64,000 nt of DNA from an uncultured Gammaproteobacteria bacterium (GTDB lineage Bacteria > Patescibacteriota > Microgenomatia > UBA10105 > UBA927), in contig CAYUKU010000004.1 in NCBI GenBank assembly GCA_964445435.1, positions 9,795 to 73,794 of the forward strand, given 5' to 3'. Below the pieces are notes generated by a model that was given only the letters and a program-made list of their open reading frames with translations, did no database searches and had not been told where the DNA came from. Positions 1 to 9,671 of this stretch are shown here, piece by piece. A program made the position numbers and the translations under genes. Position 1 is the stretch's first letter. Each line of letters starts with the position of its first letter.

Positions 1-203
1 CGCGTGGATTTGTCTATATGCGTCAGTCCGGAGCGCTTCTTGACGGGGCGAAGCGCGTCGTTTCCCAGTCGCTTCGGCTGAAGAAAGGCCGCATGATTGA
101 CTGGCATTTCGTGCGAAAACAGGTAGAAAATAATCTTGAGCGTTTTCTTCTTAAGGAAACGGGCAGGACTCCACTCATCGTGCCGGTTATCGTTGAGGTC
201 TAA
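1..203 (+). CDS. 3' end of a gene that starts upstream of the window. The C-terminal tail resembles ribonuclease J.
   Basis: The open frame runs from the window edge to a stop at 201-203. The tail '...FLLKETGRTPLIVPVIVEV' resembles the conserved RNase J C-terminus (…RRPMILPI[IV]MEV). Confidence 0.35.
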   Translation, partial: RGFVYMRQSGALLDGAKRVVSQSLRLKKGRMIDWHFVRKQVENNLERFLLKETGRTPLIVPVIVEV

Positions 204-218
204 AAACGGGCATTTGGG

Positions 219-2453
219 TTGAACCAACCCGAAGATCCTTCTATACTATATTTTATGTCGAGGAAGCGACACAAGACATTTGCCGCTAAACGAAAATACA
301 GAAAACGCAATCCGTTTGGCCTGAAGTTGAAACAACAGACGGTCTATACGATTGCAGCGATATGGCTGTGGCTATTTGCCAGTGTGGTGACGCTTTCGTT
401 TTTTGGCGAGGGCATCCTTCTTACGCGATTACGGGAGGAATTGCTTCTTCATTTAGGATGGATTATGTATGGGGTTCCTCCGTTTCTCGTGACACTTAGC
501 TTCCTTTTCTTCAAGCTGAAATCCGATATTGCTAAACCAAATACGCCGCTCGGAGTCGGGATACTTCTTGTCTCCTTCATGGGATTGACGCAGGCGGGAA
601 TTGTCGGAGAGAGCCTTTGGTCTACTGTTGCTATTCGGATTTCTACCGAGGGGGCCGTGCTCTTCTTTCTCGCGTTTGCCATTGTGGGGTGCATCGTGCT
701 TTTTAACGCTTCTCTGGATAAGGCGATGAATTTCATCATGTTGGGCACACAAACAGTTATCGACGTTGTCGGTGAATTCCTCTCCGGTTTGTTTACGAAA
801 AAAGAACCGCTGGGGTTCGAAGGGGGGAAGACGCAACTTAAGATAAAAGGCATGGATGAGGAGAAGCCTTCCATGATAAAAGCGCCCATTGTCCCGCCAT
901 CGTCGCCTGCGAAATCTACAGGCTCAACAGTGGATAAGACTGTACCCTCTGATATGAAAATCAGCAATACGACACTTGCGAAAGCGCCGGATATGGCCAT
1001 GTGGGAATATCCGCCGGTGTCGCTTCTTTCTGATGGGCCGGGACACAAGGCTGATCGCGGAGATGTCCGTCATAACGCGGCAGTTATCGAAAAGACTCTT
1101 GAGAGTTTTGGCATTACCGCAAAGGTGGCAGAAGTAAACTCCGGCCCAGCCGTGACCCAATATGCAATAGAAATAGCTTTGGGAACGAAGGTATCGAAAA
1201 TTACGTCACTCTCAAGTGACTTGGCGCTCGCTCTTGCTGCGCCGACGGGACAAGTGCGCATTGAAGCGCCAATTCCCGGACGAAATCTGGTCGGAATAGA
1301 AATTCCCAATAGAGGCCTTGAATTCGTGACGCTGAAGCGGATGATTCAATCTGACGTGATGCGGAAATCCAAGAGTAAGCTTGCTGTTGCACTGGGGCTT
1401 GATGTTTCAGGGAATCCGGTTATCGGAGACATAGGGAAGATGCCGCATGTTTTGGTCGCCGGTACAACCGGGTCGGGTAAGTCTGTCCTTATCAATGCAT
1501 GGATCACATCGCTTCTCTTCCGCACGAATCCATCAGAGGTTCGTTTTATTATGGTTGACCCCAAGCGAGTGGAGCTAACGGGTTACAACGGTGTTCCGCA
1601 CCTTCTCACCCCGGTGATCGTTGAGCCTGAAAAGATTCTTTCGTCCCTCAGGTGGGCAACCAGTGAGATGGAACGACGATATAAGCAATTTGCGGAAGTC
1701 GGCGTGCGCAATATCGACGGGTTTAATGAGCTTTCGGGATTCCAGGCGATGCCATACATCATTATTTTCATCGACGAATTGGCTGATCTTATGGCCTATG
1801 CTCCGGTGGAAGTAGAGGATACTATTTGCCGATTAGCGCAAATGGCGCGCGCAACGGGGATTCATCTCGTCTTGGCAACACAAAGACCCAGCGTTGATGT
1901 CATAACCGGCCTTATTAAGGCTAATGTACCATCTCGTATCGCATTTAACGTATCATCGATGATTGATTCGCGTGTTGTTTTGGACATGCCGGGTGCAGAA
2001 AAATTACTTGGACGGGGAGACATGCTGTACATTCCGGCGGATCAGTCGAAGCCAAGCCGTATCCAGGGAACATATGTATCTGAACACGAGGTTGCGAAGG
2101 TGGTAGCTTTCTTAAAAGAAAAGAATATTCCCGTTGAATATACAGAAGAAGTTATCAGTCAGAGTGTTTCGCTCGGAAAAGGCGGCGCAGGGGGACAAGG
2201 AGCAGGTGATGGTCAGGATCCGAAATTTGAGGAAGCCCTTCGGCTCATCTGTCAGCACGACAAAGCCTCTGCAAGCCTTCTTCAGAGGCGATTATCAGTT
2301 GGTTATGCGCGTGCCGCCCGAATCCTCGATCAACTGGAAGAAGCGGGTATTATCGGTCCGTCTGAGGGAAGCAAGCCGCGTGACGTTCTCGTAAAAGATG
2401 CTGATGCATACTTTGCGCAGAAAGAACAGGCTTCGCAATCCGCTGATGCATGA
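219..2453 (+). CDS. ftsK: DNA translocase FtsK/SpoIIIE
   Basis: N-terminal TM helices; Walker A 'VAGTTGSGKSV'; Walker B 'IIFIDELADLM'; C-terminal gamma (winged-helix) domain 'LLQRRLSVGYARAARILDQLEEAGIIGP'. Confidence 0.9.
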   Translation: MNQPEDPSILYFMSRKRHKTFAAKRKYRKRNPFGLKLKQQTVYTIAAIWLWLFASVVTLSFFGEGILLTRLREELLLHLGWIMYGVPPFLVTLSFLFFKLKSDIAKPNTPLGVGILLVSFMGLTQAGIVGESLWSTVAIRISTEGAVLFFLAFAIVGCIVLFNASLDKAMNFIMLGTQTVIDVVGEFLSGLFTKKEPLGFEGGKTQLKIKGMDEEKPSMIKAPIVPPSSPAKSTGSTVDKTVPSDMKISNTTLAKAPDMAMWEYPPVSLLSDGPGHKADRGDVRHNAAVIEKTLESFGITAKVAEVNSGPAVTQYAIEIALGTKVSKITSLSSDLALALAAPTGQVRIEAPIPGRNLVGIEIPNRGLEFVTLKRMIQSDVMRKSKSKLAVALGLDVSGNPVIGDIGKMPHVLVAGTTGSGKSVLINAWITSLLFRTNPSEVRFIMVDPKRVELTGYNGVPHLLTPVIVEPEKILSSLRWATSEMERRYKQFAEVGVRNIDGFNELSGFQAMPYIIIFIDELADLMAYAPVEVEDTICRLAQMARATGIHLVLATQRPSVDVITGLIKANVPSRIAFNVSSMIDSRVVLDMPGAEKLLGRGDMLYIPADQSKPSRIQGTYVSEHEVAKVVAFLKEKNIPVEYTEEVISQSVSLGKGGAGGQGAGDGQDPKFEEALRLICQHDKASASLLQRRLSVGYARAARILDQLEEAGIIGPSEGSKPRDVLVKDADAYFAQKEQASQSADA

Positions 2454-3088
2454 AAACTGTAGGTTCTATTCTCAAAGAGGCCCGGGTTTCTCAGGGATAC
2501 TCCTTGTCTGAAGTTGAGGAAGCCACGAAAATACGACAGAAGTTTTTAGTGGCAATCGAATCGGATGATTATTCCCGATTGCCGTCAGTATCCTACGCCA
2601 AAGGGTTTGTAAAGAATTATAGCGAGTATTTGGGGCTTAATAGCCGGACTGTGCTTGCGTTTTTTCGCAGGCAAACAGTCGATCCCGCTCGCTCTTCGCT
2701 ATTGCCCAAGAGTGCGGACGTGCCAATCCGTGGTTCGTGGTTCCAACTTACTCCCGGACGATTTGTGGGGCTTCTTGTCGCCTTTTTTGTATGTCTGTTT
2801 TTGGTGTATCTCGGATTTCAGTATCGGGCCCTGTATCAAGCGCCAACGCTCGAGATAGAATCGCCTGCTTCATCAGGTTTGGTGGTTTCAGAAAGGCGTA
2901 TCGAGGTCTTGGGAAAAACAGATCCGGACGCGACGGTCACCATAAACGGTACCAGTGTGCTTGTCCGAAGCGACGGAAAATTTTTCGATCAGGTTAATCT
3001 TGAAACAGGGGTCAACAAGATTACGATTACGGCAACGAGTAGGTTTGGGAAAACAACAACCATCGTGCGTGAAGTAGGACAAAAATGA
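2450..3088 (+). CDS. RodZ-like helix-turn-helix membrane protein
   Basis: N-terminal XRE-type HTH ('SQGYSLSEVEEATKIRQKFLVAIESDD'), a central TM helix and a beta-rich C-terminal domain. The start overlaps the ftsK stop (ATGA). Confidence 0.6.
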   Translation: MKTVGSILKEARVSQGYSLSEVEEATKIRQKFLVAIESDDYSRLPSVSYAKGFVKNYSEYLGLNSRTVLAFFRRQTVDPARSSLLPKSADVPIRGSWFQLTPGRFVGLLVAFFVCLFLVYLGFQYRALYQAPTLEIESPASSGLVVSERRIEVLGKTDPDATVTINGTSVLVRSDGKFFDQVNLETGVNKITITATSRFGKTTTIVREVGQK

Positions 3089-3143
3089 CATTGACACCGG
3101 CAAATCGCCTTCGTATACTAATCACACGTTTTTCTCACTGCCC

Positions 3144-3404
3144 ATGGATCCCATACAGCTCACCATAATCGGAGTAAGCCTGACATTAACGGTTCTTGTC
3201 GTCGTTTTGGGAATTCAGGTGTATCTTATCCTCAAGGAAATCCGTTCCTCCATCCAAAAAGCGAACAAGATGCTTGACGACGCAGGAATTGTGACAGGAA
3301 CGGTAAGCGAGGGTGTTACGAGTATGTCCGGGTTCATCAACGGAATACGAAGCGGCATTTCCCTCATCACCTCACTCAAGCACAAAGGAGATCTTCATGA
3401 GTGA
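3144..3404 (+). CDS. DUF948-like small membrane protein (YtxG-like)
   Basis: 86-aa ORF with an N-terminal TM helix followed by a helical region. It sits immediately upstream of, and overlaps, a YtxH-like gene, as in the Firmicute ytxG-ytxH pair. Confidence 0.5.
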   Translation: MDPIQLTIIGVSLTLTVLVVVLGIQVYLILKEIRSSIQKANKMLDDAGIVTGTVSEGVTSMSGFINGIRSGISLITSLKHKGDLHE

Positions 3405-3798
3405 AGGGAAGCATGAACATGGACATGGAGATTTTCGATTTTTCCTCGGTTTTTTTATCGGGGGACTTATCGGAGCGGTCATTATTTTCCTTTTGGGCAC
3501 TAAGGAAGGGAGAAAGACTGGAAAATTCTTGGAAGAAAAAGGGAAGGACATGCTCGACGATTTACAGGACAAAATCGGAGAGCTTGAGAAACGCGGCGAG
3601 GCGCTGGTGAAACAAGGCGAAGAGATAAAAGACGAAGTGGTCGATCGACTTGCCGATACGAAAGAGGAGCTTGCCCAAACTGCGAGCGTGAAGCTGGATG
3701 ACGCGCTTGCGCATATAGAAAAAATGCAGGAGCAGGGACGCAATCAAACTGCAGAATTACGCAAACGACTGTTTAAGAATCTCCCGAAACGAAAGTAA
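3397..3798 (+). CDS. YtxH-like protein
   Basis: ATG at 3397 is preceded by the SD 'aaaggag' (3384-3390). 'GFFIGGLIGAVIIFLLGTKEGRKTGKFL' followed by a long charged coiled-coil matches the YtxH/DUF948 family pattern. The longer ORF-track start at 3313 would overlap the previous gene. Confidence 0.6.
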   Translation: MSEGKHEHGHGDFRFFLGFFIGGLIGAVIIFLLGTKEGRKTGKFLEEKGKDMLDDLQDKIGELEKRGEALVKQGEEIKDEVVDRLADTKEELAQTASVKLDDALAHIEKMQEQGRNQTAELRKRLFKNLPKRK

Positions 3799-3871
3799 TT
3801 TTTTTGAATTTCCCCTTGATTTTTTATAAATCGGATAGTTTAATTGAGAGAATATCGTACGTTTTTCCTCA

Positions 3872-4744
3872 ATGAATATACTCCTATCGGAATTACCAAA
3901 ATCTGATTGGTGGGGACGAGGCATGCCTCACTATAAAAACAATTGGCTGATGGCTCAAAAAAACGTTCCGCGTCCGGAAATCGTTCGTGACGCCCACATG
4001 AGACTTGTGCACGCCCTGCAGGATGTCGCTTCCGTTACGATCGTTCCGTTTCCGAACGAATTTGACACACCCGAAAAATACATACATGACTTCATTTTCG
4101 TACGAGACTCGTTTCTGTTCGTCGGAAACAAGACGGTAATAATCAGCAATTACTCTGAGCGGGGGCGGCAGTCCGAAGCGGACTATATGGAACAGTATCT
4201 TGCGAAACAAGGATTTCGGATCCTTACGCTCGCGTCGGATGCGTTTGCAGAAGGGGGAGAGTTTTACCTCCTTCATAGGGAACGCATTCTTTTTGCGGGC
4301 ATGAACAGAAATTCCAAGAAGGGTGTAGAGGAAGTTGCACGCTTGGCGGGCGTTGAGAATGTTTGTATTGTAGAAACCTCAGCGTTCCATCTGGATACGA
4401 ATTTTACGGTGCTTCAGGATAAAGAAGGCCGCTGTGTCGGAGTTATCGCCGTCCTTTCGGAAATAAAAAACGCAAGAGAAGTGGTAAGATTCTGCCAAGA
4501 ACACCATCTTCGGGTGTTGGAAATCGATCCTGCGGACGGAATGGGCGATCCGGCGAATCCCGGATCCCTGGCGGTAAATAGTCTCTCCCTGCCTGGCATA
4601 CTGGTGGGATGTTCCCATTTCAATACAAGTGGTGTAGAGCACGATATTGCTGCGCTTGGAATTCACCATGTAGTTGTTCCTTTGTACGATCTGAAGTTCT
4701 CGGGCGGGAGCGTGCATTGTCTCACAAATGAATTGGCGGTATAG
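3872..4744 (+). CDS. Amidinotransferase-superfamily enzyme (DDAH / arginine deiminase-like)
   Basis: C-terminal catalytic-Cys motif 'SGGSVHCLTNE', which is characteristic of the DDAH/ADI/amidinotransferase fold; the protein is ~290 aa. Confidence 0.5.
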   Translation: MNILLSELPKSDWWGRGMPHYKNNWLMAQKNVPRPEIVRDAHMRLVHALQDVASVTIVPFPNEFDTPEKYIHDFIFVRDSFLFVGNKTVIISNYSERGRQSEADYMEQYLAKQGFRILTLASDAFAEGGEFYLLHRERILFAGMNRNSKKGVEEVARLAGVENVCIVETSAFHLDTNFTVLQDKEGRCVGVIAVLSEIKNAREVVRFCQEHHLRVLEIDPADGMGDPANPGSLAVNSLSLPGILVGCSHFNTSGVEHDIAALGIHHVVVPLYDLKFSGGSVHCLTNELAV

Positions 4745-4753
4745 TACGGGTGT

Positions 4754-5398
4754 ATGGTGGTCAACCGAATCGATCCGCAGTATCACGGATACTTCTATCA
4801 TTATTATCGGGCCGAGGTGTATCGGGAGACCAATTGGCGTAACAGACTCGATGTGACGACAAACTGGTCGATCGTTGTGACTGCAGCGATACTCTCGTAT
4901 GCCTTCGGAAACGCCAATACTCCTCACGCGGTGATTATCATGAATTACCTTATTGTACTTTTTTTCCTCTATATCGAGTCGCGGCGCTTCCGGTACTATA
5001 CCATGCTCAAAAGCAGGACCAGAATTCTTGAATCCGGGCTTCTTGCTCCCATTATCGGATCGATTACAAACAAGGGGATCAATGAGAACGATATTCACAT
5101 GGAGCGGCTTGCCATCAGTCTCACCAAACCCCGGCTTACGATTTCAAAATTGGAAGCGATCGGCTGGCGAATCCGACGGGTATATATATTCCTTCTTACC
5201 ATTTTGTATCTTACGTGGCTTAATAAATTAACGATTACCCCTGAGCGCACGTATGATGTTCCTGAAATTATTTCCCGGGCATTTTTGTGGTTTTTTCCCG
5301 GTTGGGCGGTGTTTGCCGTTCTTACCATTTCTATCCTTGTACTTGTTTTTATTTCTCTGTATTTTCCCCGTAAGTCTGTTGGTGATGACCTTCCGTGA
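4754..5398 (+). CDS. integral membrane protein, DUF2270-like
   Basis: 'YRAEVYRETNWRNRLDVTTNWSIVVTAAILSYAF' plus additional TM helices; recalled similarity to the DUF2270 family. Confidence 0.45.
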   Translation: MVVNRIDPQYHGYFYHYYRAEVYRETNWRNRLDVTTNWSIVVTAAILSYAFGNANTPHAVIIMNYLIVLFFLYIESRRFRYYTMLKSRTRILESGLLAPIIGSITNKGINENDIHMERLAISLTKPRLTISKLEAIGWRIRRVYIFLLTILYLTWLNKLTITPERTYDVPEIISRAFLWFFPGWAVFAVLTISILVLVFISLYFPRKSVGDDLP

Positions 5399-5413
5399 TG
5401 GTATAATCACTCT

Positions 5414-7243
5414 ATGAATTCAGCAGATGTTAGAGCCAAATATGTTGCTTATTTTGTGTCCCGCGGACATAAGGAAATTCCGTCTGCGAAGTTAGTTCCG
5501 GAGAATGATCCGACAACGCTCTTCACAAGTAGCGGCATGCAGCCTTTAATCCCATATCTTTTGGGAGCACCGCATCCGTTGGGAAAGCGATTGGTGAATA
5601 GTCAGAAATCGTTTCGTGCTCAAGACATAGAGGAGGTGGGGGATAATAGACACACGACATTTTTTGAAATGCTTGGAAATTGGTCTCTCGGCGACTATTT
5701 CAAGAAAGAACAGCTTCCATGGATTTTCGGATTTCTCACGAACGAACTTGGACTATCACCCAAGCGCCTGTATGTCACAGTGTTTGAAGGAAACGATGAG
5801 GTGCCGAAGGATGATGATGCAATCGACATCTGGAAGGGAGTGTTTGCAGGGGTCGGGATCGAGGCGAAAGAAGGAGAAAGAATTTTTACCTATCCTGCGA
5901 AGAAAAATTGGTGGAGCAGATCAGGCGAACCGAAAAATATGCCTCCAGGCGAACCGGGAGGTCCTGATAGTGAGGTTTTCTTCGATTTCGGGGAAAAACT
6001 TGGACTTCATGAGAAGTCTCCCTGGAAAAACGAAAAATGCCACCCGAATTGCGATTGTGGCCGATTCATGGAAATAGCGAATTCTGTGTTTATGCAATAC
6101 CAAAAAACTAAGGAAGGAACGCTGGTGGAACTTGCACAGAAAAATGTAGATTTTGGCGGAGGACTGGAGCGTCAGGTCGCCGCCTCTCAAGATACGGTAG
6201 ACGTATTTCGTACAGATATGTTTGGACCGATTATCGAGATTATCGAAACCACTTCAGGGAAAACGTATGGCGAGAAGCCGGAGGAAACACGTGCGATGCG
6301 TATTATTGCCGATCACATGCGGGCAGCAATCATGATGATGAGCGACGGTGTTATGCCGTCAAACAAAACCCAAGGATACGTGCTTCGTCGTCTCATCCGC
6401 AGATCACTTCTGTATGGGAGGAAGTTGGGCCTCGCCCGCGATTTGACATACATACGGCGACTCGTTGAGCCCACGGCACTCATATATGAACAGAGTTATC
6501 CGGAGGTTGTGGTCAAGGCGCAGGAGACTGCGCTTATTCTCGAAGAAGAGGCAATGCGTTTTGGAAAAACGCTCGAACGCGGCATTGCTGAGATGGAAAA
6601 AGTACCCAAATTGGACGGAAAGGTGGCATTTACCCTGTATGAAACCTATGGCTTCCCCTGGGAGATGACTGTTGAAATGGCAGCGGAACGAGGTCAATCT
6701 GTGGATCGCGTCCAGTTTGAAGAGCAGTTCATGAAACATCAGGAATTGTCACGGACTGCCGCCAAAGGTATGTTTAAGGGGGGTCTTGCAGATCAGAGCG
6801 AACGGACGACACGACTTCATACAACACACCACCTACTTTTAGCGGCGCTGCAGAAGATTGTGGATCCGTCTATTAGACAACGGGGGAGTAATATTACGGC
6901 AGAGAGACTCCGGATTGACGTAAATTTCTCCCGCAGATTGACGGCAGAGGAACTGGCGAACATAGAGCGTCTGGTAAATCAAAAAATATCCGAGAATCTT
7001 CCGGTTACCCGTGTAGAAATGAATCGTGAGGAAGCAGAGAAAAAAGGTGCACAAATGGAGTTCGGTCAGAAATATCCCGACCGAGTAAGCGTATATTTCA
7101 TAGGACCGCGAGATGATTTCTTCTCAGCCGAATTTTGCGGGGGGCCACACGTGTCAGAGACTGGTGTATTGGGATCGTTTAAAATCCTCAAAGAGGAGTC
7201 CTCAGGCGCGGGTATCCGGCGCATTTACGGGACCCTTACGTAA
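5414..7243 (+). CDS. alaS: alanine--tRNA ligase (short form lacking the C-Ala domain)
   Basis: Class II aaRS motifs 'FTSSGMQPLIPYLLG' and 'FFEMLGNWSLGDYFK'; editing-domain Zn motifs 'HTTHHLLLAALQ' and 'CGGPHV'. The protein is 609 aa and ends shortly after the editing domain. Confidence 0.9.
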   Translation: MNSADVRAKYVAYFVSRGHKEIPSAKLVPENDPTTLFTSSGMQPLIPYLLGAPHPLGKRLVNSQKSFRAQDIEEVGDNRHTTFFEMLGNWSLGDYFKKEQLPWIFGFLTNELGLSPKRLYVTVFEGNDEVPKDDDAIDIWKGVFAGVGIEAKEGERIFTYPAKKNWWSRSGEPKNMPPGEPGGPDSEVFFDFGEKLGLHEKSPWKNEKCHPNCDCGRFMEIANSVFMQYQKTKEGTLVELAQKNVDFGGGLERQVAASQDTVDVFRTDMFGPIIEIIETTSGKTYGEKPEETRAMRIIADHMRAAIMMMSDGVMPSNKTQGYVLRRLIRRSLLYGRKLGLARDLTYIRRLVEPTALIYEQSYPEVVVKAQETALILEEEAMRFGKTLERGIAEMEKVPKLDGKVAFTLYETYGFPWEMTVEMAAERGQSVDRVQFEEQFMKHQELSRTAAKGMFKGGLADQSERTTRLHTTHHLLLAALQKIVDPSIRQRGSNITAERLRIDVNFSRRLTAEELANIERLVNQKISENLPVTRVEMNREEAEKKGAQMEFGQKYPDRVSVYFIGPRDDFFSAEFCGGPHVSETGVLGSFKILKEESSGAGIRRIYGTLT

Positions 7244-7318
7244 CGCTCATACATTCCTTGCTTCCGGTCGCGGTCATTGTTAGTATGGATATACGAGGAA
7301 ATTCCTTGTTATTTTCTT

Positions 7319-9667
7319 ATGAAATTGCCGGATGCCATTCAGTCGTTTTTGGGTTCAAAAGCCGATAAGGAACCCGCATATCTTTCAATCTATCTTGATG
7401 TTCACACAGTAGCAGTTTCTGTTTGGCAGATGGCGGCTTCCGGCAAAGCTCATGTGATTGCATCTGCACACCTTGCAGTTAAGTCTGACACCTGGAAGGA
7501 TAGGATGGAAGCTGTCGATCGGCTTTTGGGTGCCCTTGAGCAGAAAACGGGTCGGACAGACGTTACGACCGCCATACTTGGCATACCAGCAATTTATCTG
7601 ACCGCGACAGGTGAAATAAAAAAAGAAATCCGTTCAGAAATAAAAAATCTGGCTAAAACGCTCGAGCTTACGCTTGCGGGATTTGTGCCGCTTCATCAGT
7701 CCATCATTTTTAAACTCAAAACGGACGAAGGTGTGCCCCCGAGCGTAATTTTATTGGGGGTTAATTCCAAGACTATCGCAATTTCACTCTATAAAATCGG
7801 CTCGCTTGTCGGCCTTCGGGATCTTGAGAAACACGATGATGTGTCTCTGCGTGTAGAAGAGGGATTGAAGAGTTTTACTGAAATGGAGGTATTGCCAGCT
7901 AGGATGCTCCTATACGGATCAGAAAACAAAGAACTTGAAGAAATGAGGGAAAAACTGCTGCATCACCAGTGTACGACACGGGCAAACTTTCTTCACTTTC
8001 CGAAAATTGAAATAGTAACGATTGACATGATCATTGATTCTATTTCCTTAGCCGGAGCCAGTGAAATGAGAAAAGAAGCAATTGGTGAAGACGAAAAGTC
8101 AGAGCCTACGCAAACGCAGCCGCCGCCAACTCCCGAGGAAGACAGACAGCAGGCTGTCTTTGAAGCCCGGGAAGATTCAGAAGATGAGGAAGCACAAATA
8201 GAGGAAGAATCCGAAGAAGAGGAGCAAGTGAGTGAAGAAGAGATGATTGTGGAGGGAGAAGTGAAAGAAGCAGCCCGTACTCTGGAGGAAGATTTCGCGG
8301 TGGATGAAAAGGGCAAGGAAGACGCAAACGTCGTTGTGGTCGATGCAGAGTCGCTTGGGTTTAAGAAGGATGCTGACGTGCTGGAGGAAAAGGAACAAAT
8401 ATCTCACGGTGTCGTAAAATCCGATGTCGTCCGTCCGTCGGCTATGGCGCAGAATATGGCGACACTAGGGAAACGATTCGGGTTGATCGGGTCGGTCATC
8501 GCGGGGGGTATCCGTAATGGAATCGCGTCCCCGAAGCAAAAATATCTGCTTGGTATCCTCGTTCTTTGTGTTCTAGGGTTTGTATGGGGCAGTATAACCT
8601 GGGTACTCCCACAGGCAGTCGTTACAATATATGAGATTCCGCAATCCATAGAAGCGGCGCAGGCGATAGTCATTGATCCTTCTGCCTCTTCGGTAGATGC
8701 TGAAGAGAGTGTCGTACCGGGAGTGAAGCGTGAGCGGACAATGGAAGGTGAAAAAACAGTTGCAGTAAAAGGTAAGAAGAATGTCGGTGACCCTGCGCGT
8801 GGCACAGTCGTGATATACAATAAGTCTCTCTCATCCAAAACATTCAGCAAGGGAACGGTGCTTCAATCGGGATCCCTGAAATTTTCGCTCGATAGCGATG
8901 TGCAGGTCGCATCTGCCTCGGAAAGCATTGGATCCATAACGTTCGGAAAGCAAAGTGCCGCAGTTACCGCGGTCGCCATCGGAGCTGCGGGCAATTTACC
9001 ATCAGGGAGCGAGTTTACTTTTGTTGATGTTTCTTCGAGCATCGCTACCGCGCGCAATGATACTGCCTTTACGGGTGGTACAAGTCGGGAAGTCACGGTA
9101 GTAAGCCGCGCGGACGTTGATGCACTTGTCGAAGAAGTATCAGATGAGCTTACAAGCAAGGCTCAACAGGAGCTTTCACAATCAGTTGAAGGCGGAGAGT
9201 CGCTAATAGATGGCACAATAAAGACTACGGTGACTCAAAAAACGTTCGATCAGGAAATAGACCAGGAAGCAGGCCAGCTTCACGGTAAGGTAACGGTGAC
9301 CGTGTCAGGCACAGCTTTTCGCAAGCAAGAAGTCCGTTCTTTATTTGAAAAGAAGGGAAGATTGACAGCGCCTACAGGATACAGATTGGATTCAGATAAT
9401 ACCTCGATTACTCTGTCAAACATGAAGGTTCAGAAAGACGGCAAAATTACCGCGCAGGCGACCATCAAGTCTATTGCGTTGCCGATGTTAGATACGGCGG
9501 GACTTCCTAAGGCGCTGGCAGGAAAAAGTTTATCGGAGGCGGAAGCGTATCTCCGAACGCTTTCGGGAGTTGGCGGAATGGAAGTAAGTTTTCGACTAAG
9601 CGCGAGCAAGAAACGTCTTCCCTTCAATAAAAACAATATTTCGGTGAGTCTTGCGATAGCCCAGTAG
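7319..9667 (+). CDS. FtsA/PilM-like actin-fold ATPase fused via an acidic linker and TM helix to a large extracytoplasmic domain
   Basis: N-terminal ~270 aa show actin/Hsp70-fold signatures ('AYLSIYLDVHTVAVSVW', 'SVILLGVNSKTIAISLYKIGSLVGLRDL'). An acidic low-complexity segment (E/D-rich, ~8043-8400) follows, then the TM helix 'YLLGILVLCVLGFVWGSITWVL', then a ~370-aa Ser/Thr/Val-rich beta domain. The start is taken at ATG 7319; the ORF is open from 7277. Confidence 0.5.
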   Translation: MKLPDAIQSFLGSKADKEPAYLSIYLDVHTVAVSVWQMAASGKAHVIASAHLAVKSDTWKDRMEAVDRLLGALEQKTGRTDVTTAILGIPAIYLTATGEIKKEIRSEIKNLAKTLELTLAGFVPLHQSIIFKLKTDEGVPPSVILLGVNSKTIAISLYKIGSLVGLRDLEKHDDVSLRVEEGLKSFTEMEVLPARMLLYGSENKELEEMREKLLHHQCTTRANFLHFPKIEIVTIDMIIDSISLAGASEMRKEAIGEDEKSEPTQTQPPPTPEEDRQQAVFEAREDSEDEEAQIEEESEEEEQVSEEEMIVEGEVKEAARTLEEDFAVDEKGKEDANVVVVDAESLGFKKDADVLEEKEQISHGVVKSDVVRPSAMAQNMATLGKRFGLIGSVIAGGIRNGIASPKQKYLLGILVLCVLGFVWGSITWVLPQAVVTIYEIPQSIEAAQAIVIDPSASSVDAEESVVPGVKRERTMEGEKTVAVKGKKNVGDPARGTVVIYNKSLSSKTFSKGTVLQSGSLKFSLDSDVQVASASESIGSITFGKQSAAVTAVAIGAAGNLPSGSEFTFVDVSSSIATARNDTAFTGGTSREVTVVSRADVDALVEEVSDELTSKAQQELSQSVEGGESLIDGTIKTTVTQKTFDQEIDQEAGQLHGKVTVTVSGTAFRKQEVRSLFEKKGRLTAPTGYRLDSDNTSITLSNMKVQKDGKITAQATIKSIALPMLDTAGLPKALAGKSLSEAEAYLRTLSGVGGMEVSFRLSASKKRLPFNKNNISVSLAIAQ

Positions 9668-9671
9668 GAAT

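Noticed and set aside
4379-5098. A 239-aa minus-strand ORF overlapping the amidinotransferase and DUF2270 genes.
   Set aside because: It is antisense to two well-supported plus-strand genes, has no motifs and has an odd composition. It is a typical shadow ORF. The same reasoning applies to 12031..12837 (antisense to the DUF2207 gene), 20778..21281 (antisense to rpoB), 61557..62138 (antisense to rny) and 62828..63697 (antisense to the ABC gene).
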